A stretch of DNA of 20,000 nt from Vicugna vicugna (lineage: Eukaryota): positions 7,422,007-7,442,006 of the forward strand of contig MU058423.1 of assembly GCA_013265495.1 (NCBI GenBank). Direction: 5' to 3'. Both the position numbers and the translations under genes were made by a program. Each line of letters opens with the position of its first letter. The stretch's first letter is position 1. Shown here piece after piece: positions 1 through 10,897 of this stretch. The notes under the pieces were generated by a model that did not search any database, had not been told where the DNA came from, and saw nothing but the letters and a program-made list of their open reading frames with translations.

Positions 1-74
1 TATTGTTTTTTCCTGTCTCAGTTTGATAGCTAAGTTTCTAATTTGGTTGGGAGGTGGGGAGAGGTTGAAAGATC

Positions 75-190
75 TTTAAGCTGACTCCTTATTAATTCTA
101 AGTTGGGGGAAATATCTACCCTCTGTGTGCCTCTGTTTCATAATTATTTAAATAGATTTTTGTGATAATTGAATAATATAGCTAAGGATA
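75..190 (+). mobile_element. MIR SINE fragment, highly diverged
   Basis: ctaagttgggggaaatatctaccctctgtgtgcctctgtttcataattatttaaatag resembles the MIR core (ttgggcaagttacttaacctctctgtgcctcagtttcctcatctgtaaaatgg). Confidence 0.6.
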
Positions 191-2755
191 CTGTAGATGA
201 TTATTCAGACTGTGTACTGCAAAGAGGCAGGCACAATTCTCATAGTATGGGTTTGTACTGTTAGAATATTATTCTACCTTAAGACAAAATCATCTGTAGA
301 CATAAGCAATTTGTAAATTAATAACAAGACCTTTTTAGCAGATGGGAATAAACTGTCTTGTGTTGATAAAATTAATATATTGAAACAGGAAAGTGGTATT
401 ATTTTAAGATCATTGAAAAAAGGAACTTAATAATAAAAATTCTGATATTTGATTAATCAACATCTAAAATAAAATAAACAAGGAGCTACTTTTCTAGGTG
501 TGCAGATCACTGAGTATATTAGTATACTGAATCATTTTGTCACATCATACTTGCAATTTATTTTGTTTTGATATTTGTTTACCAAAATAATATGATTTAC
601 TTCCTATTTTAAATGTGCCAGAACTTTATATAATGCAAAAGAAAATACAGTGACTAACAGACATTCACCATGAATAATTAAAATAAATAGAAAATGAGAT
701 TTCCATGCTATTATCTGCTAATTATACCACATCAATTGTTAAATTTTTGCTGAATTTGGCAATTGAATGCATTCTTTTTTTAGTTTAAAGGCTTATTACA
801 TATTAAGTTAAAATGTTTCAAATTGTAATATAATGTGCTGTTTTATGTATTTCTTCCAAGTGTTACAAAAGCTTTGTTTAAAAAGACTACCAGTATCAGA
901 AAGGAGAAAATGGGAAAATAGTAGAAAAAAATAAGAAGAGAAAATATTTGGTTGTGGCATATTTTTTTTTGAGAAAATGAAAGCCCCAGAAAAAAAAAAA
1001 CACATAAATAAAGAAAATGCTCCAGTTCTGTTTGTTTCAGCAGCATAAAGGACTCTGGGAGCAGAATATAAATTTCACATTACAGGGTTTCCCAAGCGAT
1101 GGTCCTTCTGCCCTAAATTATTGCAGATGTCTCCAATGAGTTAGCTCCTCAAATTTTTACCCTTTAAATTTCAGTCATATAGCTCCCAACTGAACTCTAA
1201 AATTAAAGCCAGGTAAAAACACTAGTCAAGAGGATGAGTCATATATTACTCAGAATTATTTATAACTTTTGATGATTTTTATGTATTTTCGAACTCAGTA
1301 TAGCTTATTTGTTATCTTAATATTATCTATAGAAGGGACAAAAGAATTTCACACTACCCTCCCCACCCCTTTCCCCATATACAGAAATAGGTTTCTGTGT
1401 GATCCATCCTATTGGTTTTCCAGATGTGCCCAGACGTGAATACCATAGACAGACATAATCTATAAGCTATCCTCTTTAAATAAGTCAAAAATCGCATTGT
1501 TTTTCACATGGAAGACAATGGAGTTACTCCATGTCTTTCTTTCTCGTATTTACAAAGAGAAAAATTGAGAGAAAAATACTCTCATAGTTTCTAAAATAAA
1601 ACATCGTATTTATTTAAATAATTTTTAACCAAAAATTCAATTAGAGAAAGAGAAGAGGAAAGCCTCCTTACTTCAAGGGCAAGTGCAAGAATCTTACATT
1701 CTACTACTCCTGTGGTCACTTGTGAACCGTAGGGTTATGCTGAAAACATCAGACTTAAGGAACATTTGCAGACTGACCAACACTAAAACGCTCCATCCTA
1801 AGAGATAAGCTTATCCGTGTTCTACGACATTAGGCATAAGGAACACTAGGACATAGCGTGGCATAGCAAAGCATAAATATTTAGTTTCTGCAAATAATAT
1901 TTATCAGAGTAAAAAAGGACCATAACATTTTTAGAAAACATAAATTCCATTGTTTACCAAATATTTCCAAATATAGAGACTAGTGGTTTTTCAGTTCTAA
2001 TACCCTCAATTTTTAGTTATGATAAAATTAATTTTCACGTCTCTATTTCTAAAAACATTGATGTAAACTCCTCAAAATAAATCCTTATTCATTTATTTTA
2101 AATCATATTTTCTAAAATTATATAATTAGTTTATGAAATTGAAATAATATATTCTTCAGATACTAAAAGGTATAGAAAATTAATTCCACACTTTCCAAAA
2201 TGCAATCTAATATTTAATATACAGGAATAAAGTTACTCTGGAAAGAAGTTGTACATCAAATTCTGTTGCTTATCTGACAATAACAAAATCATCTCAATCC
2301 ATTATTTTCTGGGATTGACATGCAAGTTATTCAAAACTTTACACTCATGGTTTCCAAGTTCATAACCATTTTATACCACATGACCCATGAACAACTTAAC
2401 AATGTCATTGCTAGAGTATATTAAAAATGGAAAATTGACATTTGCATATGAGGAAGTTATTTATATCATGTAGGGTATATTTAAAAGGACTTGTGATTAT
2501 TAAGCATTAATATTTGTATCAATTATTCAGAGCTTTTTGCCCAGATGAAATCAAGTACCTGAATGTATCTAAATATTAAGACTAAACATTCAGGTGATTG
2601 TATACATTTTTTGAATTTAATGTCAAAGGTTTTGGTTGTGTTTAAGTAAAGCCTGCATTCAAAATAATTTCCTTCAAATTTTCTGTAAAACTGTTTTCTA
2701 AAACATTATTTTTCAAGTGAGATTTGATTTTTGTGTGTGTGTTTACGTCAGTTAT

Positions 2756-3140
2756 TGTGGAGGTAACTGACCCTTTTTTTTTTTTAAGCTACTATCTGAA
2801 CTCTTGTACTCTGTTTGAGAAATTACCCACCTTAAGAATCTTGGTGGAAGGTAAAGCCACTCTCGAACCTAAGATCCACAGATACTCATTTTCCCTCCCT
2901 CATCGGCAGTAGGACAAATGTACATAACCTAGGATCTACCCAGCCAAGACTTTGCGTCAGGAATTTGGGGTGCAATGAACCAAGGGAAATGACACTGGCT
3001 CCGACAAGAAGGAAGTCTAGCTCCTGGATGGCTCTGCTGATGCACGTGGCTTTGATCCGGGCACTGGTACCAGTGGCAGCACCCGCTGTTGAGAACTTGG
3101 TATGTGAAGGCTGCAAGAACATGCTAGCCCCAAATATGCT
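2756..3140 (+). mobile_element. ERVL LTR, LTR33-like (5' portion)
   Basis: Begins TGTGG; atctgaactcttgtactctgtttgagaattacccaccttaagaatcttggtggaagg and cagatactcattttccctccctc...acataacctagg follow the recalled LTR33 consensus in order. 3' boundary uncertain. Confidence 0.7.
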
Positions 3141-3199
3141 GATTGGACAGAAGGATTATTCTGAGCTGAAGGCAACAATTCCTTCCTGCTTTTGCTGTA

Positions 3200-3360
3200 C
3201 TCTATCAAATTGCATGCTATTTTATTGGATGTATTTATTTATATGACTTCTTCATTATTGGACCACAAGACCTTAGAAAGGAGGCATTGTCTGATGCATC
3301 TTTGCAATTTTGATGCTTAGCATAGGGTAGGTATACAGTAAGTTAATATAAATGTGTTTT
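3200..3360 (+). mobile_element. L2 LINE 3' end fragment
   Basis: ttggaccacaagaccttagaaaggaggcattgtctg...gcttagcatagggtaggtatacagtaagttaatataaatg resembles the L2 3' terminus (tagactgtaagctccatgagggcaggg...cctggcacatagtaggcgctcaataaat). Confidence 0.55.
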
Positions 3361-3609
3361 CAGCCTGGAGTCTATTCTAATGCAGAAGAAAATGATTCCT
3401 GGCTTTTTACTTACCGTGAGGCATGAACGGGTTGAAGAAAATGAGATTTATCTAAAAACTAAGCTCCAGTCACCAGAGTATGTATTGAATTTGCACCAAA
3501 CAACTTAGTTGTCTCTCCAGGCCCCATTTTTGCATGACAGCAAGAAAAACGAGCTCTAGAGACATATTAAACAGTCTGTATGCAATTCAGACACCAGGAT
3601 ATACCCTAG

Positions 3610-3760
3610 GATACAATCCAAGGTTGGGTACACGGATTGTCCCTACCTGATCAGAGAAGACTGTATGACAACTCGTTGTCAGTGCTACCAATGTTACTAA
3701 CTGAGCTGGGGGAACACTGATACAAATGCAGGGCTCTGGTGCCAGAGCCCATGCCTTATC
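3610..3760 (-). mobile_element. MIR SINE fragment, highly diverged
   Basis: caatccaaggttgggtac...ctctggtgccagagcccatgc resembles antisense MIR (caaccctatgaggtaggtact...ctgactccagagcccgtgc). Confidence 0.4.
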
Positions 3761-4039
3761 TGTAGCAACAAAGTTGCAGTGTTGCCGGGGTTTTCTGCAC
3801 CCATAGGTATCAGCAAAAAATTTCATTATAGGAATCCAGAGTTGTGACAGAAGAAAAAAGGATAATAAAGTCACCTTGTGGCAACCTAGAGCTGCATGTA
3901 AGAGATGTATTAAAGAGCTGTGCTAATGAGCGCACACGTAGCATTTACTTGTATTTACGTTCATATTATACCAAGAAGAAAGGACTTAATTCCCTAGTTT
4001 CATCACGCTCTTGTGCTTTAATTTCTCTGGCACAGCTGC

Positions 4040-4380
4040 CAATGGAATAGCCTGATTACAACCTCTTTGTGAGTTTTTCGGTTACCCAGTGAGACATTCT
4101 GGCTACCGCTTAGGGCCCTGCCCGCTGCCTGCTTCCGTGCAGCCGCACCCACTTGCATGAAGTCTCCATCTCAGCAGCACTACAAACTCCTCTTCCAGGC
4201 TCTTACTTCTGCCTGTATTCACTCCTCCATGGGCTGATTTCTGCATTCACATCTTAGAGTTCTCTTTTACCTTTTGGTCGTTTATCACATGTACTGGTTT
4301 ATAATTTTTTATAATAGTTTTTTTCACTTCAAATGACTGGTGTGATTTCTCTTTTCTAACTGGACCCTGACTACTATATA
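4040..4380 (+). mobile_element. ERVL-class LTR, 3' portion (family not resolved)
   Basis: Ends tggtgtgatttctcttttctaactggaccctgactactata, like the ERVL LTR 3' terminus (tggtttctgtctcctgactggaccctgactgataca); GC-richer body upstream. 5' boundary uncertain. Confidence 0.55.
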
Positions 4381-4420
4381 CATACACATTTTTTTTTTCA
4401 TTTTAAGACTTGTAAAGTTT

Positions 4421-4470
4421 ATAAAGTACTACACACACACACGTGTGTGTGTGTGTGTGTAGTAATTTAT
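4421..4470. repeat. Near-perfect inverted repeat centred on (AC)6(GT)9 microsatellite
   Basis: Left arm ataaagtact(ac)6 at 4421-4442; right arm (gt)9agtaatttat at 4443-4470. The 10-bp non-repeat flanks are reverse complements at 9 of 10 positions. Confidence 0.95.
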
Positions 4471-4878
4471 GTCTACATGAAAAAAATTCTTGCTATCATG
4501 GACATTATCCTTTAGGATGACTCTAAGTTAGACTTCAATTTAAGTTGCTATAATGAAAATACTAAGAACATTGGTAGAGGAAGTATGTAAATATGACAGA
4601 TTCATAAAGGTTCCTTTGAAATAACTAAACTTTAGAAAACCCTGGACTCTATCCATCCATATTTTATAAGAATGTCAGGCAAACTTCTATTCACTTCAAA
4701 TTAATTCCCAGCTTGCCAATAAATCAATTTCTAAAAAAGAAAAGCTTACTATATAAAAGCCAACTAAATTTTTATTGGAAAATTACATTCCAAATATCAT
4801 AGATACTATTATTAACTGACAGTTGTAAACTCTCATCATGGACTGCACAGAGTTATGGGCTGAGTGTTATGGGGTGAG

Positions 4879-4958
4879 TGTGAGAAAATAGATTTCTGCT
4901 GTTTAAGCTACCCCAGTCTATGGTATTTTGTTATATGGCAGCCCCAGCAGATTAGACA
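4879..4958 (+). mobile_element. MLT1 (ERVL-MaLR) LTR 3' end fragment
   Basis: tgtgagaaaatagatttctgctgtttaagctaccccagtctatggtattttgttatatggcagccccagcagattagaca closely matches the MLT1 LTR 3' terminus ending in ...aca. Confidence 0.85.
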
Positions 4959-4999
4959 ATTGTTTATAATATGCTTCCTCATAAATACTTTTTTTTATA

Positions 5000-5065
5000 G
5001 CTGTTTTACAATGATCTTGAGAAACTGTCAAGTTAGCATACTACATAGGAAGAAACTGAAGCTCC
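5000..5065 (-). mobile_element. Possible short MIR core remnant
   Basis: ttttacaatgatcttgaga...tacataggaagaaactgaagctc resembles antisense MIR core (tacagatgaggaaactgaggc). Confidence 0.35.
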
Positions 5066-5589
5066 TATAAATATAAACCTACATGTATAATGGGAAAAAG
5101 TTTACCTTCCTGTCCCACTGGGAAGAGAAACATAGGAGATTTCCTAAAGCAAAAAGACTTGGCAGTAGTGGCAAGTTTATGGAGGGCAAGTTTTGAATAA
5201 AAATGGCTCTCCATAAGAGCAAGATGTTAATTCATTCTTTCATGTTTAAAAGTGTATTTTCAAGTTCATTGGTAGCTGAGCAATGGTTATGAGTAAATCT
5301 GGGGAATTTAGGGCCAGAGCAGGAGGTTACCTCATTGCCCCAGAGCCATGGGAGCTGAGACCATGCATTCTGGTTCTTGGTTTGGGCAGTATATTAAAAA
5401 ACAAGAATAAAAAGATATCAAGAAGAGAAAATTTGGGTATTTCAATACTATTAACTAGAAAAAAACTTCTAAAACTGTATTTAAATCTGTTTACTTGATG
5501 ATTTTGGCATCATATCCTTAGATTGCACCTAACATTTTTTTAATCATTATTTACTAAATCTGTTTTTGTGACTTTGTTAAATTGACATT

Positions 5590-6097
5590 TGTTAAGTCCA
5601 GCCCTAGGGTGTTAGATGGTGAGCCGTGGTTCAACAACAGACCACAAAGGCGAGAAACAGACAAGTTTATTGTGTGGAGGCCCAAGAAGAGCTGCAGCAG
5701 GCCCTGGCAATCCTCGAGGGACAAACAGCTAGGTCAAGACAGGGTGCAGGCAGAGAGCACGGCGGGGCCTGGGCCACATGTCTCTGCTGTGGTCCACGGG
5801 TACAGTGCTTTGAGGTTCCTGGGCAAAGGCAGGTAGATGGAGTCAAACCAAAAGAGCAGGGTTTGGTGAGCTTCGCACAAGGGGAAGGCCCTGGGAGGTG
5901 GAGGAGCGTGCTTATCCCAAGGGCATGGTTGGGGTGTCATTGACTAGTGACTCTGTGACTGTTACCTATTTATGGCAGGGGCTACTGTCAGCTCTAGGCC
6001 CCTTCAAGCCCCTTAGCCACATGAAGTGGATGCCAAGGCAGCAATATTATGGAGAAGGTCAGCTACGCTCGCAATATGTGTGTTTGCATATTATACC
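5590..6097 (-). mobile_element. ERVL solo LTR, MER54/MER73/MER74 group
   Basis: The reverse complement of the right end contains ctccataatattgctgccttggcatcca, the 5' motif I recall for this LTR group. Minus-strand AATAAA (tttatt, ~5666-5671) lies near the LTR 3' end. About 500 bp, GC-richer than the flanks. Confidence 0.75.
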
Positions 6098-6884
6098 CGA
6101 TACTGCATTTGACAACAATACTGTAAAAGCATTATACCTGGAATATAAAAATAATAGAAAGAGGACTTAAATATCATCCTGATAGAAATTGGTGATAGAC
6201 CAAAACAGGGGCTAAAACAGTTCTGTAAATTAACAACAGGAAAGAAAACGAAAAAGTGGTAACTTCATAAGATTAAATGCTATTTTGTGAATTACTCGTA
6301 CAAGAATCATACTTTAAAAATCATCTTGGTGGATATAAATTTTGTATTAAAACTTTAAAAATGTAATATTGATAGCTAGATAAATCTTAAACCAAAAGTT
6401 GGAAATAGAACCAACTTAGCTTTTGAAAATGATGTAAACTGAGTAGTATGTAATGTTTTTCAGCTCGTTTTTCATTAAGTCTATAGAAAATACCATAATA
6501 TATTCATTGGTATTTTGGAGAGTAAAGGTCTTGGAATTCTAAACACTCCTAAAAAGGCAAATATGACAAAGAAATTGTTATATGGAAGAAGTTAAACTGT
6601 TGATAGAAAAGGAAGTCCACATGTGCCTCCAGAGAGTTCATCTGAAAACAAAGTGAGAAGAGGCAGGTATCTTGTTCTAGAACAGTATGTGGCAGGCGAA
6701 TCTGTTCTGTCCAGCTAGCGACCCATATACAGGACTCTGCTACACAGGTAAGCAGCAGGACACCTGCAGTCCTTCTAAGCTGCCCTTCATCTGAGAACAT
6801 CGAGCCTCAGAGCTGCTGAAGAGTCCAGGCCTTGTCTTGCTGCCTGTTCCACCTTCCTAGGCTTGTTCTCCGCAAGGCAGCGAC

Positions 6885-7070
6885 TCAGGCTCTTTCCATA
6901 CATTCTACCATTAAATTCAGCAACACAATCCTATCACACAGGGGCTACTATCCTCCCATTCTTACAGAGACGGAAACCCAGGCTTCAGTTACTCAACCAA
7001 GGTCACAAAGAAAGTAAATGGCAAAAATGGAACTCAGAACTAACTCCAAACCCACTCCCTGTCTTTCATA
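6885..7070 (-). mobile_element. MIR SINE
   Basis: cccattcttacagagacggaaacccaggc...ccaaggtcacaaagaaagtaaatggc matches antisense MIR (cccattttacagatgaggaaactgaggc...ccaaggtcacacagctagtaagtggc). Confidence 0.85.
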
Positions 7071-8699
7071 ATGAGTAGCTGAGGATATGCCAGTAAATCT
7101 CCACAGGGCCCCAAACCGAAACAACCCCAAAAAACAACAGTACCAGTATTTGCTCTGTTTAAAGATCTGGGAGACTGCTTCAGATGTTCCTGTGAGTCCA
7201 ATTTAGCTTTAAACTGGGTCAGCCCGAGTAACATAGTTAAATAAAGGGAGGTCTGTGTTTTCTTTTAAGTCTCTAGCTTCTTGTTTACTTCTCTGTCCTG
7301 TCCATTAGTAATACCTGCTTCATCCCTAAGCAACCTGCCCTGGGGCTTAGCTCTTATCCTCTTCTTGCTCAACCAAATTCTCAATTCAAGAACTAAAAAT
7401 CAATGTCAGACAATACAAGTGGTTGGTATAAGCTTACAGTCTTAACTTTGCAAGACATATTTACATTTAAAAGCTTTAAAACCGTAAGACAATTAATGAA
7501 TTTGTAGCAGAATCACTTATTAAGTTTTGGATAAAAATGGTATCTCAGGATGGGCAATAGCAATCCCCTTAGAGAGATCAGAACGGACGCCGTTCAATAT
7601 AGCAGTCAAGTTTTTGCTTAAATTAAAACAAACAATTAAAACTGGGTTATCTCTTTGGGTACTTCCATGCTCTGATGGAAGCATGTCAGCCAGTCTGAAG
7701 GTATTTCAAATCCAAAATACGTAACTGACTCAAAAATTGATGTGAAATAACACTGCCAAAATAATTACTAAACTGAGTATCCCAGGAAGATATTAATTGG
7801 TTTTCTTCATATTTATGTCTGTGAAAGAATCCAATTTTAGCATAACATCTGTCTGGAATATAGAATAGTTTTTCTATTAACAATATAACCCTGCCAGATT
7901 TACATAAAGGAGCGTAGCAGAGAAAAAAAAATCTCACGAGTCAAGTAGACAGTTTTAAATACGAAAGGCAAACAAAACTTTGCGTGTTCAATATCCTCTA
8001 CATTATACTGTCAATCCTAAAGATGTTAGAGGTCAAAATTACAAGCATGGATGATACTGAACAACATGCCAGTGTGATAATACATACAAGTTCAAGTGGC
8101 CATGAGTAATACAAAGGAAACTTTAATACTTGAATCAGAAGAATAATGAGATTCCACCACTAAACATGACACTGAAAAGACAGTATAAGAATAAATGAAT
8201 GTTATTTTTAATTTAAAAAGCCACTATGTCTAAATATGTTACATTAATTTTCTTGCCGTTAAGGATTCACTAAGTGGTATATCTTAAAACGGATGATTTA
8301 GAGACATAGAAATATAGGAGTTATTTGTTGCTTGCAATTCTCAATCAATTCTCAGGTTGTATCCAGAAAGGTAGATAATTCCTCCAGCACAATTCCCACT
8401 AACTGGACTGGATGGACTCCTCCTGTATTTCAGTGGTGTCTTTAGGGGTGCTGTGAGAAGCAGGGCCAAAGAAGTGTTAGTTCTTGGCCAGTTTTATCTT
8501 GTCTAGATCGACTCCATATTATTCCAGCAGACTGGCATGCTACTGCCCACAGGGGCTGATTCTATAGCTCTGACTAGCAAAAGCTTATTTAAACAACTCA
8601 CCTGAGACTTTATTTGATAAGAAATTAAAATGTTCCAATGTCCTTATGGACTGGATATTTACACTGTCTTTTATTTCACAAATTAACGCCAGGCACCCA

Positions 8700-9350
8700 A
8701 AATGATAACTTGTGACTTTCTTAAATGTCAAACAGCAGCATTAAGCAGAGTAGCCAATGTCAGGCCTCCTGACAGTTTTCCTGGTGACATATTAATGAGG
8801 CGGTTGGCCCTGCTAATTTCTAGTTTTCTGAAATCATATACAGACTATTTCACTGTCTGATCATTCACGCCGATGACTGCAGAGAGAAGACTGTTAGGAA
8901 TACTGCTATCTGCTCTCTAACTAGTAATTAAATCTCTCTTAAAAAATGAGTAGTGCACTTTTAATAGTTTCTCCAGAGGTTTCGTGCACAACATATGTTC
9001 TTTTAAGTAAGAGCTCATCTTTCATCAACACCTAAATTCACACCAAGGCTCAGTGGCTTTCTTCAGTTGGACGCCTGCACATTACACCATCCATCATCCT
9101 GGCACAGCAACAGCAGCGGAACAGAGGCATTAACCTGTCACAGTGTGATTCAGGAGGGGATGTCATTTTCAAAGGCGCTTCAGCTTGGTTACCAGATCAG
9201 AGCTAGAAAGTGTGTGCGGTATGTGTAGGTGTGTATACAGATATGTGTCAACTGGGCCTTAGAATTCACACTGACAAAAAAATCTCAGACTGTCTGAAAA
9301 GCAGCTTGGAGGAGGGATGACTGTTTAAGTAACTTCAAGTCTTACTGACA
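8700..9350. promoter_or_regulatory. Candidate enhancer: repeat-free segment rich in TGACA/TGTCA (MEIS/TALE-type) motifs
   Basis: Nine TGACA/TGTCA between 8726 and 9350, including the inverted pair TGTCAGG-cct-CCTGACA (8758-8774), plus TAAT cores and a TCF-like TTCAAAG (9168-9174). Function is inferred only. Confidence 0.35.
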
Positions 9351-9734
9351 AAGCTCATTCCTTGTTCCGTATTCCACCCTTCTCTTAGCATATTTCTATG
9401 CACATGGGAGCCCTGTGCTAATTTCTATGGTTTATATGCAGACAAGAAAAATGATCTCATAGGCAAGTGATAATAGTTCTACAAAGGCAGCCTAAGGTGT
9501 GCACACAACGTGGGAAATTCTCCCTGGGACATGCAACAACAATGTGTATTGCTGTTTCACCTCGGATCATAGGACATTTCTGTTTGGTTAACAATCAGAA
9601 TAGAGTGAACCAGAAAAGGGTGTCCGGTGAATCCAGTTTTGATGTACTTGTTAACTAGCACAAGTTTTAATAGAGAGTTCTAAGAATGATTATTCTCTGA
9701 GTCCTAGAAGTTGATCCATGAAGCAACTTTTGGT

Positions 9735-9822
9735 TTTAGTTAGAATCCTGGCCCTAGTACTTCTTAACTGTGTGACTGGACAATTTCACATATGATCTCT
9801 GTGTTTGTTTCCCCACTTTAAA
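9735..9822 (+). mobile_element. MIR SINE 5'/core fragment, cut off by adjacent L1
   Basis: gttagaatcctggccctagtacttcttaactgtgtgactggacaattt...ctctgtgtttgtttccccactttaaa follows the MIR consensus up to ...ctgtaaa and stops there. Confidence 0.75.
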
Positions 9823-10612
9823 TCTCCTAGAGGAGAACACAGGCAAAAGAGTCTCTGATATAAATCGTAGCAATGTTCTTCTAGGGCAGTCTACCAAGGC
9901 AAAGAAATAAAAGCAAAAATAAACATATGGTACCTAATCAAACTTATAAGCTTTTGCACAGCAAAGGAAACTATAAAGAAAACAAAGACAACCTATGGAA
10001 TGGGGGAAAATATTTGCAAATGATGTGACTGACAAGGGCTTAATTTCCAGAATTTACAAATAGTTGATACAACTCAATAACAAAAAAAACAAACAACCCA
10101 ATCAAGAACTGGGCAGAATCCCTAAACAAGCATTTCTCCAATGAAAACACACAAATGGCCGATAGGCACATGAAAAGATGTTCAGTATTGCTAATTATCA
10201 GAGAAATGCAAAGCAAAACTACAATGAAGTTATCACCTTGCACCGGTCAGAATGTCATCATTAAAAAAGTCCACAAACAATAAATGCTGGAGAGGGTGTG
10301 GAGAAAAGGGAACCACCCCCCTACGCTGTTGAGGGGAACGTAGTTTGGGGCAGCCATTATGGAAAACAGTATGAAGATTCCTCCAAAGACTAAAAATAGA
10401 CTTACCATATGATCAAGCAATCCCACTCCTGGGCATATATCCAGAGGGAACCTTAATTCAAAAAGACACATACATGTACTCCAATGTTCATAGCAGCACT
10501 ATTTACAGTAGCCAAGACATAGAAACAACCTAAATGTCCATCGGCAGACGACTGGATAAAGAAGTCACAGTATATTTATACAATAGAATACTACTTTGCC
10601 ATAAAAAGAAAT
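9819..10612 (+). mobile_element. Relatively young L1 LINE fragment (3' part of ORF2, disrupted), truncated at both ends
   Basis: Typical L1 ORF2 3' sequence: ctcctagaggagaacacaggc...aagcttttgcacagcaaaggaaac...ggagagggtgtggagaaaagggaac. The distal part translates MFIAALFTVAKT*KQPKCPSADDWIKK...EYYFAIKRN with an in-frame stop. No 3' UTR or poly(A). Confidence 0.95.
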
Positions 10613-10897
10613 ACTTGTATCATTTGAATTATTTTAAACATATTGTGACTTGCTTTATAGCCCAGAATATGATCTATCTTGGCATACAATTCATGTATAT
10701 TTGATAAGAATGTGTATTCTGGGCGTGTTGATTGTAGTGCTACGTCGAGCCAACTGGTAGAGCTTTCAAAAAACCATGTACTTACTGACTTTCTGTCTAC
10801 TTGTTTTATCAGTTGTTGACAGGGGTTATTGAAGTCTTCAACTGTAATCGTCAATTTATATCTTTCTTCTCGCAGTTTGTGTAGCTTTTTGTCTTCC
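10613..10897 (-). mobile_element. Old L1 (L1M-type) fragment, ORF2 endonuclease region
   Basis: Minus-strand ORF 10591..10854 has TITVEDFNNP and EYTFLSNIHELYAKIDHILGYKAS, degenerate versions of the L1 endonuclease motifs IVGDFNTP and YTFFS.HGTYSKIDHILG.K. Confidence 0.9.

Noticed and set aside
1804..1815. 12-bp palindrome GATAAGCTTATC with two GATA sites
   Set aside because: Several perfect 12-bp palindromes are expected by chance in 20 kb; no supporting context.
3409..3460. Minus-strand donor ACG|GTAAGT with a possible 37-nt exon
   Set aside because: Weak acceptor, not frame-preserving; lone consensus donors are common.
3731..3750. Hairpin GGGCTCTGG-tg-CCAGAGCCC
   Set aside because: Isolated 9-bp stem inside a probable MIR remnant; no terminator or ncRNA context.
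5582..6170. Overlapping ORFs in a GC-richer island, suggesting an exon or promoter
   Set aside because: Explained by the minus-strand ERVL LTR; higher GC lowers stop-codon frequency, and it is not CpG-rich.
10591..10854. Domesticated endonuclease gene
   Set aside because: Only a degenerate partial L1 domain (GDFN changed to EDFN, non-ATG start, apparent internal loss); an ordinary fossil.
9819..10897. Twin-priming 5' inversion of a single L1
   Set aside because: The order (sense 3' ORF2, then antisense endonuclease piece, no poly(A) on either side) does not fit, and the two pieces look different in age.
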